From positions 1,164-65,163 of the forward strand of contig CAYTVB010000001.1 of assembly GCA_964441735.1 (NCBI GenBank): 64,000 nt of DNA, read 5' to 3'. Shown one piece after another: positions 1 through 9,533 of this stretch. How positions within the stretch are numbered: position 1 is the stretch's first letter; every line of letters starts with the position of its first letter. The notes below the pieces were generated by a model. That model saw nothing but the letters and a program-made list of their open reading frames with translations, was not told where the DNA came from and ran no database searches. The DNA comes from an uncultured Thermotogaceae bacterium. GTDB taxonomy: Bacteria > Thermotogota > Thermotogae > Petrotogales > Kosmotogaceae. A program made the position numbers and the translations under genes.

Positions 1-1
1 T

Positions 2-274
2 GAAGAAATGCATGAAGAAGTCACTTCCTCAGGAGTTATGACAAAATTGTTTGTAAATGTTGGAAAGAAGCACAGTGTTAAAGTTGGTGACCTCGTTGGG
101 GCAGTAACAGGAGAAACCGGTCTTCCAGGAAAGGTTCTTGGAGATATTAAAATGCTTAAAAAACACAGCTACATAGAAGTTGAAAGTAATCAGGTAAATT
201 CAGTTTTGCAGGCTTTAAACAGGTGCAATATAAAAGGAAATAAAATAACAGCTGAGCTTTCAAGAGCACGATAA
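2..274 (+). CDS. DEAD-box RNA helicase, C-terminal DbpA-type RNA-binding domain only (5' part outside window)
   Basis: Frame is open from the window edge to TAA 272-274. KLFVNVGKKHSVKVGDLVGAV...HSYIEV resembles the DbpA/CshA C-terminal RNA-binding domain. A terminator hairpin follows. Confidence 0.6.
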   Translation, partial: EEMHEEVTSSGVMTKLFVNVGKKHSVKVGDLVGAVTGETGLPGKVLGDIKMLKKHSYIEVESNQVNSVLQALNRCNIKGNKITAELSRAR

Positions 275-302
275 TATATTAAAAAAAATATGACTTCTAA
301 GA

Positions 303-339
303 AAAACGACTTTTACTTTAACGCAGGAAAGTCGTTTTT
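303..339 (+). terminator. Rho-independent terminator
   Basis: AAAACGACTTT (303-313) pairs with AAAGTCGTTTT (328-338), which ends in a T-run. Confidence 0.6.
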
Positions 340-445
340 ATACTAATATCTAAAGGGTTGCATAGAGCGGTTGATATGCTATGTTATCATAATTTTGAAA
401 ATCTTTTATAATTGCTTTTGAAATATAAAGAGGTGAGAAACACAA

Positions 446-1201
446 TTGAATTTTGAGAAATTACATAAAACTATTTATATAAGGAAATCTGTACGAAAAT
501 TTAAAAACCAATCTCTAACTGAAGATACATTACCAGCTATTAAAAGCAATTTTAAAAAATTAACACCTTTAAATTCCTCAATAAAAACTGAAATACGTAT
601 TGTTTCAAATGATGAAGTAAAGGGTTTGTTTTTCGTCAAGGCCCCTCATTATCTTTTATTCTTCTCAGAGAAAAAAACTGGTTATCTTGCCAACACGGGG
701 TTTTTATTGCAGCAGATGGATCTATATTTTTCATCAACAGGTTATGGTTCATGCTGGCTTGGTTTGACCAAACCAAAAAAGGACTTTTCGGAAAATTCTA
801 ACTTTGAATTTGTTATTACTCTTGCGTTTGGTAACCCAAATGAAGAACTTCACAGAAAAAGCATTTCAGAGTTCAACAGAAAAACAATCAATGAAAACTG
901 CGAAGGTGATAATCACCAGGATATTATAGAAGCAGCAAGACTCGCTCCCTCAGCTACCAATAGTCAACCGTGGTTTTTTATTACTGAACAAAGTTCAATT
1001 CACTGCTACTGTATTAAGCCCGGACTGCTAAAAAAACTGCTATATAAAAAAATGAATCGTATAGATATGGGTATAGCTTTATGTCATCTCTGGTTGGCTG
1101 CCCGGCATAAAGTGTATTCTGTAAACTTTTACATTGATGATAAAGCAAAACAAAATAAACCTGAAGGTTATTATTACTTCAGATCTTTACGTTTAAAATA
1201 A
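446..1201 (+). CDS. Nitroreductase family protein (two nitroreductase-like half repeats)
   Basis: RKSVRKF at residues 13-19. A second RKSISEF plus APSATNSQPWFF lies at residues 137-178. TTG start sits behind AAAGAGGTGA. Confidence 0.75.
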   Translation: MNFEKLHKTIYIRKSVRKFKNQSLTEDTLPAIKSNFKKLTPLNSSIKTEIRIVSNDEVKGLFFVKAPHYLLFFSEKKTGYLANTGFLLQQMDLYFSSTGYGSCWLGLTKPKKDFSENSNFEFVITLAFGNPNEELHRKSISEFNRKTINENCEGDNHQDIIEAARLAPSATNSQPWFFITEQSSIHCYCIKPGLLKKLLYKKMNRIDMGIALCHLWLAARHKVYSVNFYIDDKAKQNKPEGYYYFRSLRLK

Positions 1202-1204
1202 TAA

Positions 1205-2596
1205 CTACCACTCAGTAAGTATTTTATAGAATAGATTCGCGTAAATTTTTGTGAGCAGCATTAAATCATCAATGAGAATTCTTTCATCCGGTTTATGCTC
1301 TGTTTCTTCTCTTCCAGGAAATAGAGCACCAAAAGCAACAGCATTTTTCACCGCTCTGGCATAGGTTCCTCCACCGGTAGTTAAAAGATCGGCTTTATTA
1401 CCTGTCGTTTTTTCATACACTTCAGTAAGCATCTTTACCAGTTCACTATCCGGTGAAACATAATGAGGTTCAAGATGGTGCCCTCCTACAACATCTAATC
1501 CTTTTAACGCTTCCTTCAACTGTGATTGAATTCTCGGTTCATTAAAAAATACTGGATAACGAATATTTATAACTGCCTTAACTAAATTATTTTTCAGTTC
1601 TATGGTTCCAAGATTTACCGTTAAGGCGCCTGACATATCATCGCTTCCTGCAATTCCCAGACTTTTTCCATTTGTTTCGTAGCCTATCCTTTCACTGAGT
1701 TCCTTAATAAAATCTTCCAGCTCTTTGTTGAATAAATCTATTTTAGAAAGCATATCAAGTAGTGGTGCTATTGCATTCACTCCCCGTTCAGGAGTAGATC
1801 CATGTGCTGAATCTCCTTCAACATTGATAATTAACTCATTGCCCTTCTTCTCAAGGTTAACTTTTGAATTATTCTTAGGGCTGTAGGTTTTTAGTAATTC
1901 TTCCACTTCTTCATTAACTCCTTCAAGTACTGCTTTTGCCTGGGCAGGTACCATATTTGAGGCGTTACCACCAGAAAGACCCTTCACATTCACTCCATTT
2001 TTATTTTTAATAATCTCTGCGCTTATCTCGTAATTGACTATTCCTTTTTCAGCGTAAATCAAAGGAAATGCAGCGTCAGGCGTAACAGCCATTTGTGGCT
2101 TCTCTTCATGTTTAAAATACTCGGTTATTCCTCCCCAACCACTTTCCTCATTTGTTCCAATAATAATTCTAATTCTATTTCTAGGGTCCAGTCCAAGTTC
2201 TTTTACTGCCTTTAATGCATACATAGAAGCAATGGTAGGTCCTTTATCATCTATTACCCCTCTACCAAATATGTATCCATCTTTTAGCGTTCCATCAAAT
2301 GGATCAACACTCCAGCCTTCACCTGCCGGTACAACATCCAGATGACCAAGGACACCAAACAGTTTTCCTTTGTTACCAAATTGAATATGGCCGGCATAAC
2401 CATCAACACGGTTTGTATCAAAACCCATTTTTTTCCCCTGCTCCAGTGTGTAATTCAATGCTCTGTTCACTTCTTTGCCAAAAGGTGCATTCTCCTCTGC
2501 TTCTCCTCTTACAGAAGGCATTCTAACCACTTCTTTTATTGATTCCAACAATTCTTCATTCATTGCGTTTATAATCCCTTCTAATTCTTTATTCAC
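1205..2596 (-). CDS. pepV: M20-family dipeptidase, PepV/Sapep-like
   Basis: 463 aa with HLDVVPAGEGWSVDPF, GRGVIDDKGP and NEESGW motifs of M20 metallopeptidases. GTG start 6 nt after GGAGGG. Confidence 0.8.
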   Translation of the reverse strand: MNKELEGIINAMNEELLESIKEVVRMPSVRGEAEENAPFGKEVNRALNYTLEQGKKMGFDTNRVDGYAGHIQFGNKGKLFGVLGHLDVVPAGEGWSVDPFDGTLKDGYIFGRGVIDDKGPTIASMYALKAVKELGLDPRNRIRIIIGTNEESGWGGITEYFKHEEKPQMAVTPDAAFPLIYAEKGIVNYEISAEIIKNKNGVNVKGLSGGNASNMVPAQAKAVLEGVNEEVEELLKTYSPKNNSKVNLEKKGNELIINVEGDSAHGSTPERGVNAIAPLLDMLSKIDLFNKELEDFIKELSERIGYETNGKSLGIAGSDDMSGALTVNLGTIELKNNLVKAVINIRYPVFFNEPRIQSQLKEALKGLDVVGGHHLEPHYVSPDSELVKMLTEVYEKTTGNKADLLTTGGGTYARAVKNAVAFGALFPGREETEHKPDERILIDDLMLLTKIYANLFYKILTEW

Positions 2597-2817
2597 AGCT
2601 ATCCCTCCTTTTGTAATTTCTATAATATTATCTCATAACATATTGTTGTTTATTAGTTTTACTTTATAACACGCAATTTCTGACAAGAACATATTATAAA
2701 GTGTTTAATATTTTTTCAATAAAATTTGTTATAATACTATTACTTTGTATTATATTTTAATCAAATGTATTAATCTATAAATTTTTGTGGTATCATAATA
2801 TCTGGAGGAAGTATGAG

Positions 2818-4530
2818 ATGAGCAAAAAGGGATACCTCTTTCTAAATATTGTCTTGGGCATAATTTCCATTTTGCTTGCAGTGGGATTGTTGTTAACAAC
2901 CCAGAATTTGTCTTTTCCAATTGCAATAGTACCTTTATTAGCCTTCTTTTTGCTGGCTGATTTTATTCCAATAAGAACAAAAGATTTTTCAGTAATAAGT
3001 AATTTTGCAGGTATTATTCCATTGATTATATTCTGGGATCCACACCTTGCACCCTTTGCAAGTTTGCTGTTATTTTTTAAGCCCGTTACAGGAGAAAAAC
3101 TTAAGGTCCAAAGAAAAATATACCGCGTTCTAAATTATTTTCTTATGTACGGTCTTGCGGTATATTTTGTTGACTGGACGGGGAATTTTTACATTTCCCT
3201 TATTCTTTTCGTACTAATCGCCAGAGTTGTAAGCATTGTAACTGCAGATATCCTTTATAGTCTTGTGCTTGGCAGAACAAAGCTCAGTAGAGTTGCTGTA
3301 ATAACAGATCTTATCGAATTTGCCTATTTCATCTTTTTAGCAGTATATGGCGGAATGATGTGGAATCTTTATGAACTGGGTAGAAATTTAGACACATCTT
3401 TGGTCTTTCTTCTTTTCCCCGCCACAACCCTTGGTTTATGGGGATTTGTTCAGTTTATCAATCTTTCAAATGAAAAAGAAGATACCTTGAAAAGGATAGG
3501 TTCTCTAAGGACTAAACTTTCAAAAACACTTGAAATGATTTCTCTGGTTAGATCCGATACGAATTTCCAGAGTGTTTTAAATCAAATATCATCAATTGTC
3601 CATAATTCAATAGGCTATAAATACGTTCTGATAAATCTACTGGATAGAGAAACAAACAAGGTTGAAAGGGTTGCTCAGGCTGGTCTTGAACCTGAAGAAT
3701 TTGAAAAGCTTAAAGATAGGTCTCCCGAAATAGATGATATAAAGCAGTTATTTGATGAAAACTTCAGAGTTAGCAGATCATTTTTCATACCTGAGGGCTC
3801 AAAAGAACTTGACACCACATATACTTATCAGGGAGACTACGACGAGCTCATTGCCGGTCAGGGTGAATGGCGTCCCAACGATGTGCTTATTATTCCAATT
3901 GTTAATCAATCAGATACCATAGGATATATCTCGGTAGATGCACCTTATGATGGCCGTAGACCACGTTATGAAGATATTGAGATATTAGAGATCGTTGCAG
4001 ACATTGTACTTCGTGTATTGGAAGAAGGACAAAAATATCGGAGATTGGTTATGGCAAGCAAGATTGATTCTGCTACCGGGTTATACAACCATACAGAATT
4101 CTTTATTATCCTTGAAAAACTGCTTGAGACTTCGGAAGACCAATTTTCACTTGTTATGATGGATCTGGACAACTTCAAATTATTGAACGATTCTTATGGG
4201 CATATTGTTGGGGATAAGATAATTGAGCAGGTCGCAAATGTCATCAAGAAAAACCTCCGAAAAATAGATATTGGAGCACGCTATGGAGGCGATGAATTCT
4301 GCATCATTGCTGTGGGTTCCAATAAAGGCGAAGCCATAAAGGTTGCTTCAAGGATAGCTGAAAAAATTAAATATGTTGAAGTAGATGGCATTAAGACCGA
4401 GATTTCATGTAGTATCGGAATATCCTCATATCCGGCAGACGGTAAGAATTCAACGGAACTTGTAGAGAAGGCTGACAAAGCTTTATATACTGCGAAACAA
4501 ACCGGTAAAGATAGAATTTACGCTATTTAG
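2818..4530 (+). CDS. Membrane-anchored GAF-GGDEF diguanylate cyclase
   Basis: Multi-TM N-terminus, a central GAF-like region and a C-terminal GGDEF domain (RYGGDEFCII, DLDNFKLLNDSYGH). ATG 2818 lies 9 nt after GGAGG, so it is preferred over TTG 2785. Confidence 0.85.
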   Translation: MSKKGYLFLNIVLGIISILLAVGLLLTTQNLSFPIAIVPLLAFFLLADFIPIRTKDFSVISNFAGIIPLIIFWDPHLAPFASLLLFFKPVTGEKLKVQRKIYRVLNYFLMYGLAVYFVDWTGNFYISLILFVLIARVVSIVTADILYSLVLGRTKLSRVAVITDLIEFAYFIFLAVYGGMMWNLYELGRNLDTSLVFLLFPATTLGLWGFVQFINLSNEKEDTLKRIGSLRTKLSKTLEMISLVRSDTNFQSVLNQISSIVHNSIGYKYVLINLLDRETNKVERVAQAGLEPEEFEKLKDRSPEIDDIKQLFDENFRVSRSFFIPEGSKELDTTYTYQGDYDELIAGQGEWRPNDVLIIPIVNQSDTIGYISVDAPYDGRRPRYEDIEILEIVADIVLRVLEEGQKYRRLVMASKIDSATGLYNHTEFFIILEKLLETSEDQFSLVMMDLDNFKLLNDSYGHIVGDKIIEQVANVIKKNLRKIDIGARYGGDEFCIIAVGSNKGEAIKVASRIAEKIKYVEVDGIKTEISCSIGISSYPADGKNSTELVEKADKALYTAKQTGKDRIYAI

Positions 4531-5947
4531 ACGTTACCAATACTTCCTCAAATGCTTCTACTACCTCTGGATCAAATTTCGTACCTTCATCTTTTTTGAT
4601 TTTATCCAGTGCATATTTCATGCTGAGACCTTCTCCACAGGGTTCGGGTAACACATAGCCCATGTAGCTGGAAACAAGAGAAACAATCTTCGATCTTAAA
4701 GATAGCTTTTCCCCTTTTAGACCATCAGGAAAACCTTTTCCATCAAAACGTTCATGATGATGTCTAACGATATCACACACCAGTTCAAAATCACCTATTC
4801 TTTTAAACATCTCTTCACCGGTGATGGGATGTTTACGATAGAATTCCTCATTGTCATATCTTTTTTTATACTCATAATCAGTTACAAAGACCGTTCCCAG
4901 ATCTACTGCAAGCAATCCAAGCTCTATAGCTTCTAACTCTTCTTTAGAAGTGATCCCCAGTTTTTGAGCGGTTAACAACGCCAGTTCGGTATAATATTCG
5001 ATATCCATCTCATAGTCAAAAAACCTTTTGTAAACACTTGTTGAAAACTCTTGCATCAACCTCCTAAGCTTTAGATAACTCTTTTCTTTGATAGTAGAAA
5101 GTTCTATATTTAATTTTTCGATATCTTTCTTCAAAGAACGAATGGTATCTTCATTTTTACTTTTCTGATAGCGCAAATCATCCAAAAATCTATTGAGCGA
5201 TTCTATATCCTCTATATTGCTTGAAAAACTCTCTCTATGGCTTTTAACCATTCCAATGCCTTTTATTATTTCTTCCAATACCATTGAAGTTCTATCTATA
5301 AAACTCTCAAAATACCATAATAAAATTGTTGCAGTTAGTGCACCAATAAAAACAATCCAGAAAAACAGAGGAGGGATAATATATCCTATACCCAGGGTTA
5401 AATCGTTAGTTAGTTTATATTTAAAGTAATATGTAAGTCTGTTTTTTGTAAAATCTAGAGCACGTGGTTCTACTGCAATTCTTCCTTTTATTGATGTGTT
5501 AAGAATATTTCCATTTGAATCTGCCAGATACCATATAATATCGTCAGTGACTGAAAAAATATGTGTAATCATTCTTAGAGGAACCTCAACCAAAACCTTT
5601 CCGTTTTCCGTATTAACGATTTTTTTGAAGCTGTTTTCATTGATAAATAATCCTTCACCAAATGCCAGCTCTTCTCCAGCAAAGACTTTTTCCATTAGAA
5701 TCCCTTTAACGGTATTATTTTCTACTGGATTGGTGATAACTCTGCTATTATGAAGGTTATCAAATGCATTGTTAAGCGTTATAACAAACTCTTCTTTGTA
5801 ACGCATTGTATGTGTTTGTGAAAAACTCATAAATGTAAAAACCATAGCAATTAGAAAGCCTACAATGCACAATGTAATGATTATTCGTATAACTATTTTT
5901 GTTTTGTTTAACCTGTTAAGACCTCTTTTTAAGCTTAGTCTTCCCAA
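4523..5947 (-). CDS. Membrane sensor protein with degenerate HD-GYP domain
   Basis: N-terminal TM, an extracytoplasmic region, a second TM and a coiled coil. The C-terminus has HHHERFDGKGFPDGL. TTG start 9 nt after GGAGGA. Overlaps the upstream gene by 13 nt. Confidence 0.8.
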   Translation of the reverse strand: MGRLSLKRGLNRLNKTKIVIRIIITLCIVGFLIAMVFTFMSFSQTHTMRYKEEFVITLNNAFDNLHNSRVITNPVENNTVKGILMEKVFAGEELAFGEGLFINENSFKKIVNTENGKVLVEVPLRMITHIFSVTDDIIWYLADSNGNILNTSIKGRIAVEPRALDFTKNRLTYYFKYKLTNDLTLGIGYIIPPLFFWIVFIGALTATILLWYFESFIDRTSMVLEEIIKGIGMVKSHRESFSSNIEDIESLNRFLDDLRYQKSKNEDTIRSLKKDIEKLNIELSTIKEKSYLKLRRLMQEFSTSVYKRFFDYEMDIEYYTELALLTAQKLGITSKEELEAIELGLLAVDLGTVFVTDYEYKKRYDNEEFYRKHPITGEEMFKRIGDFELVCDIVRHHHERFDGKGFPDGLKGEKLSLRSKIVSLVSSYMGYVLPEPCGEGLSMKYALDKIKKDEGTKFDPEVVEAFEEVLVTSK

Positions 5948-6942
5948 ATTCCCGTATCCTCCAATTTAATAATTTGATAATCTCTGTTGGAGAAAAATGA
6001 TTCTGTTATACCAAATTCTCCATCATAGCCATCAAAATAGGTGTTTTTAACTTCATTGAATGCCTTCTGTAAGTCATATCTATAATGCGACAGTATATAG
6101 TTAGCTACAATTAGGGCATTATAGGTACCAACAAAGTTTACAGATTTAGGCTTTTCTTCAGGCATCCGGGCAATCGGTACGAAAAACTTCAAATCTTTAA
6201 TGTTTTCTCTATCAAATAATCTCAGATCGTTGTTAAATGCGTACTCTGTTGCATAAAAATTACCCTCATAACCTTCTTTGCGAAGCATCGACATCAGAAT
6301 TCCCGTCGATAAGGCATCGCTGAAGGAAATAATCCCATCACAATCTTTCATCTCTTCATTTAATTCAATTTCATTTCTGTTTGAAATCTTCTGGATTCCT
6401 GCAATTTTTCCATTGTACTCAAGTCTGAAGTGATCAAGAATTTCTGTGGAAAAGGTTTCATTTATTTCATCGACGAGAATGTAAACCTTCCAGATGTTAT
6501 CCCTTTCAACGGTTCTTGCCAGTCTGTTTGCTCTTAAGCTATTAGGTAAATTCATGGTTAAAAACCTTCCATTAAAACCTACAATAGATCCGGATGTTAC
6601 TGTTGGAGAAATGACAAAAATATTCTTATTATCTCTCATATATGGAATTAACTGATTTGCATCCTCACTGGTTCTGGGTCCAATAATCAAAATGGGCCTT
6701 TTTATAACCAGCGTTTCCATTACACTTTCAATAAAACCTCTTTCGTAATAATATACAGGTACATTTATACTAAAAGAGGTTCTTTCAGCATATGTATTAA
6801 GTGCTTTTTCCATCTCCTTGTTGCCATCACTAATTATTATCATATTGGGGGCATTCAGAAAAAACACAACTGAAATAACTGAAAACAGAAGTATTGATAC
6901 AAGTATTGTTATAAATAGAGTCTTATTACTAAAAAATTTCAT
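5935..6942 (-). CDS. Membrane-anchored type-1 periplasmic-binding-fold protein (LivK/ANF-receptor-like)
   Basis: N-terminal TM helix. IIGPRTSEDANQLIPY...VISPTVTS pattern of Leu/Ile/Val-type binding proteins. Start lies 1 nt after the upstream stop (TGA-A-ATG). Confidence 0.6.
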   Translation of the reverse strand: MKFFSNKTLFITILVSILLFSVISVVFFLNAPNMIIISDGNKEMEKALNTYAERTSFSINVPVYYYERGFIESVMETLVIKRPILIIGPRTSEDANQLIPYMRDNKNIFVISPTVTSGSIVGFNGRFLTMNLPNSLRANRLARTVERDNIWKVYILVDEINETFSTEILDHFRLEYNGKIAGIQKISNRNEIELNEEMKDCDGIISFSDALSTGILMSMLRKEGYEGNFYATEYAFNNDLRLFDRENIKDLKFFVPIARMPEEKPKSVNFVGTYNALIVANYILSHYRYDLQKAFNEVKNTYFDGYDGEFGITESFFSNRDYQIIKLEDTGIWED

Positions 6943-6943
6943 T

Positions 6944-7930
6944 TCAATCGCCTACAGGTTCCGGATTGAAGAAACGAACGCTTTTATTTGAAGAACCATC
7001 TTCTTTAAAACTAATAATTCCAGCATAACCTTCAAAGGAATATTTTTCAGGGGAAGAGAAAAAATCTTCAGGTCGTATATTCTCCCTGTACAGTTCTTCT
7101 ATCACTTTGAACGCTTCATATCCTCCTATATAATTTGGATCCATTTCTTCCACTGAAACGCCTGGTGAGACAGCTATTCCAACTTTTACTTTGCTAACAT
7201 ACTGACCGCCGAAATCAAAAAAGTCCGTCCCAACAGAATAATCCACAGCGTAATATTTCAGACCCGTCATATGCTTTTCAAGCCTTTTCAAAATCACACC
7301 GGTTTTTTTGGGATTCATAATAAGAAGAGCTGCATCTGCCTCTACAGCCTTTTCAAGAGGGATTTCTACGTTAAAAGGATCCTCCACAGCTATAACCTCA
7401 ATAACCTCTCCTATAAATTTTTCGATAAAAAGTTCCGCAAAGTAGTTATTGTAAAGCCTGTTAACCGTTCCTTTGAAAATTAATATCTTTTTCATACCGT
7501 CTTTAGCAGTTTCTTCAGTAAATGCTTTAACAATAAGATCATCAGAAACACCCAGCGTGCAGAAATGATTACTTTTCCCGATAACTTTAGGTGAAGTCAC
7601 CGCAGATGCTATTGCATACAGGTCATACCTTTCAAGTAACGGAATCAGAGATAAAGCATGTGAACTTGTTTTTGGTCCAACAATTATCTTTACCCCGTTG
7701 TCAACAAATTCCTTTAACGATTCTTCAAAATTCTTTTCGTTTATTGTTTGGGAAACGATTTTTATATCTGAATTTGTATTACTTTTGGCATCTTCAACAC
7801 CTTGAATGGTTCTCGAACCAACTTCGTGTAAAACACCTATTACTGGATGTCTGAAGCCCATGAAAATTAAGAAAAATGAAATAACGATAGTTACTACAAA
7901 AAGACTGATTATTAATTTTCTTTTGAGCAT
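6944..7930 (-). CDS. Membrane-anchored type-1 periplasmic-binding-fold protein (LivK-like), paralog of 5935-6942
   Basis: N-terminal TM helix. IVGPKTSSHALSLIPL...AIASAVTSP pattern. First gene of a three-gene operon. Confidence 0.6.
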   Translation of the reverse strand: MLKRKLIISLFVVTIVISFFLIFMGFRHPVIGVLHEVGSRTIQGVEDAKSNTNSDIKIVSQTINEKNFEESLKEFVDNGVKIIVGPKTSSHALSLIPLLERYDLYAIASAVTSPKVIGKSNHFCTLGVSDDLIVKAFTEETAKDGMKKILIFKGTVNRLYNNYFAELFIEKFIGEVIEVIAVEDPFNVEIPLEKAVEADAALLIMNPKKTGVILKRLEKHMTGLKYYAVDYSVGTDFFDFGGQYVSKVKVGIAVSPGVSVEEMDPNYIGGYEAFKVIEELYRENIRPEDFFSSPEKYSFEGYAGIISFKEDGSSNKSVRFFNPEPVGD

Positions 7931-7995
7931 TTTATTATAATCCTCTTTTCCTGAACATAGTAACTGTATTATATAATAAACTAAATCAAATACTT

Positions 7996-8027
7996 AAACA
8001 AAAAACTGACCAGCACATACTGGTCAG
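7996..8027 (-). terminator. Rho-independent terminator of 8049-9380
   Basis: CTGACCAG (8006-8013) pairs with CTGGTCAG (8020-8027). The A-run 7996-8005 gives a U-run on the minus-strand transcript. Confidence 0.7.
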
Positions 8028-8048
8028 TTGATTGAATGATCATTTCAT

Positions 8049-9380
8049 TTATATTTTATACTGTTCAATAAAAGAATCCAATATCTGCTCGAGCGTTGGT
8101 TCTCCAATTTCCTGAAGCTCGTATCTAACTCTAACTGCAGGTTTATCAATGTCTATAACCCTTCTGAGATCAATTGGGGTTCCTATTATCACAAGATCAG
8201 CATCTGACTTGTTAATCGTTTCTTCCAGCTCTTTCATCTGTTTATCGCCATAACCCATAGCTGGCAAGATTTCACTTAAGTGGTTATATTTCTCGTAAGT
8301 GTCTACTATTGAGCCGACAGCATATGGCCTTGGATCAATTATTTCTCTTGCCCCATATTTCCTAGCTGCCACCCATCCTGCACCATATTCCATGCCTCCA
8401 TGAGTTAATGTAGGTCCATCTTCAACAACGAGAACTTTCTTTCCCTTAATTGATTTGCTGTTTTCAACTACAAGCGGTGATGCAGCATCAACTACTGTTG
8501 CATCAGGATTGTATTTTGAAATGTTTTCTCTAACTTCGTCTATACCTTCTGCACTGGCTGTCTCTTCTTTGTTTATAACAACGACATCTGCCATCATGAG
8601 GTTTGCCATTCCTGGATAATAACCAATCTCATGTCCGGGTCTGTGTGGATCAGCAACGGTTATATAAAGATCGGTATGATAGAAAGAGAAGTCATTGTTA
8701 CCGCCATCCCAGAGAATAACATCTGCGTCTTCTTTTTCTGCTTCTCTTAAAATTGCCTCATAATCAACACCAGCATAAACAATTGAACCTCTATCAATAT
8801 GCGGTTCGTATTCTTCGCGCTCTTCAATGGTACATTCGTGTTTATCGAGATCAGAATAATCAGCAAATCTTTGTACCTTCTGCTTTACCAGGTCACCATA
8901 TGGCATGGGATGTCTTATGGAAACTACCTTTTTACCTTTTTCTCTTAGGATATCAAGTACCCTTCGTGTAGTCTGACTTTTTCCACAACCCGTTCTTACA
9001 GCACATACAGAAATAACGGGCTTTGAAGATTTCACCATAGTTTTGTCAGGACCCAGCAATACGAAATTTGCACCGTTTGCAAGAACGACCTGTGCCCTCT
9101 CCATCACATATTGATGTGGTAAATCACTGTAAGAAAGAACGACATCATCAACTTTATAATCTTTTATCAGTTCAGGAAGCCTGCTTTCAGATAAAATGGG
9201 AATTCCATCAGGATAGTTTTTGCCTGCGAGTTCTGCAGGATACTTCTTGTCATCGATGCCTGGAATCTGAGTTGCTGTAAACGCTACAACTTCATAATCA
9301 TCGTTATCACGATAAAACGTGTTGAAATTATGAAAGTCTCTACCTGCTGCACCGAGTATCAATACTCTTTTCTTTGACAC
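8049..9380 (-). CDS. COG2403-type P-loop protein, cyclic 2,3-diphosphoglycerate synthetase-like
   Basis: 443 aa with LILGAAGRDFHNFN, a Walker A-like RTGCGKSQTT, RHPMPYGDL, EEREEYEP and WDGGNND blocks that I recall from this family. GTG start after GGAGGTGA. Confidence 0.6.
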   Translation of the reverse strand: MSKKRVLILGAAGRDFHNFNTFYRDNDDYEVVAFTATQIPGIDDKKYPAELAGKNYPDGIPILSESRLPELIKDYKVDDVVLSYSDLPHQYVMERAQVVLANGANFVLLGPDKTMVKSSKPVISVCAVRTGCGKSQTTRRVLDILREKGKKVVSIRHPMPYGDLVKQKVQRFADYSDLDKHECTIEEREEYEPHIDRGSIVYAGVDYEAILREAEKEDADVILWDGGNNDFSFYHTDLYITVADPHRPGHEIGYYPGMANLMMADVVVINKEETASAEGIDEVRENISKYNPDATVVDAASPLVVENSKSIKGKKVLVVEDGPTLTHGGMEYGAGWVAARKYGAREIIDPRPYAVGSIVDTYEKYNHLSEILPAMGYGDKQMKELEETINKSDADLVIIGTPIDLRRVIDIDKPAVRVRYELQEIGEPTLEQILDSFIEQYKI

Positions 9381-9533
9381 TTAATTCACCTCCGTTTATT
9401 TTATTACTGAAATGATTTTAACAATAAAATCAATAACGAGTAAAAAGGAATCTTTACGAATCTATGGCCTCTATTAAAAATAAGGAATATCTAACGTTGT
9501 TATACATATCTATACGGTGCTATACGCACTACA

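Noticed and set aside
2299-2669. Short ORFs lying antisense or out of frame inside longer genes. Here there are three inside or next to pepV. The same applies to track entries such as 3966-4178, 4754-4936, 5193-5753, 7271-7854, 8753-9280, 13059-14649, 41553-42005 and 42497-43258.
   Set aside because: They are fully nested in, or opposite to, longer ORFs with clear family motifs. They lack RBSs and have low-complexity translations typical of shadow ORFs in AT-rich DNA.
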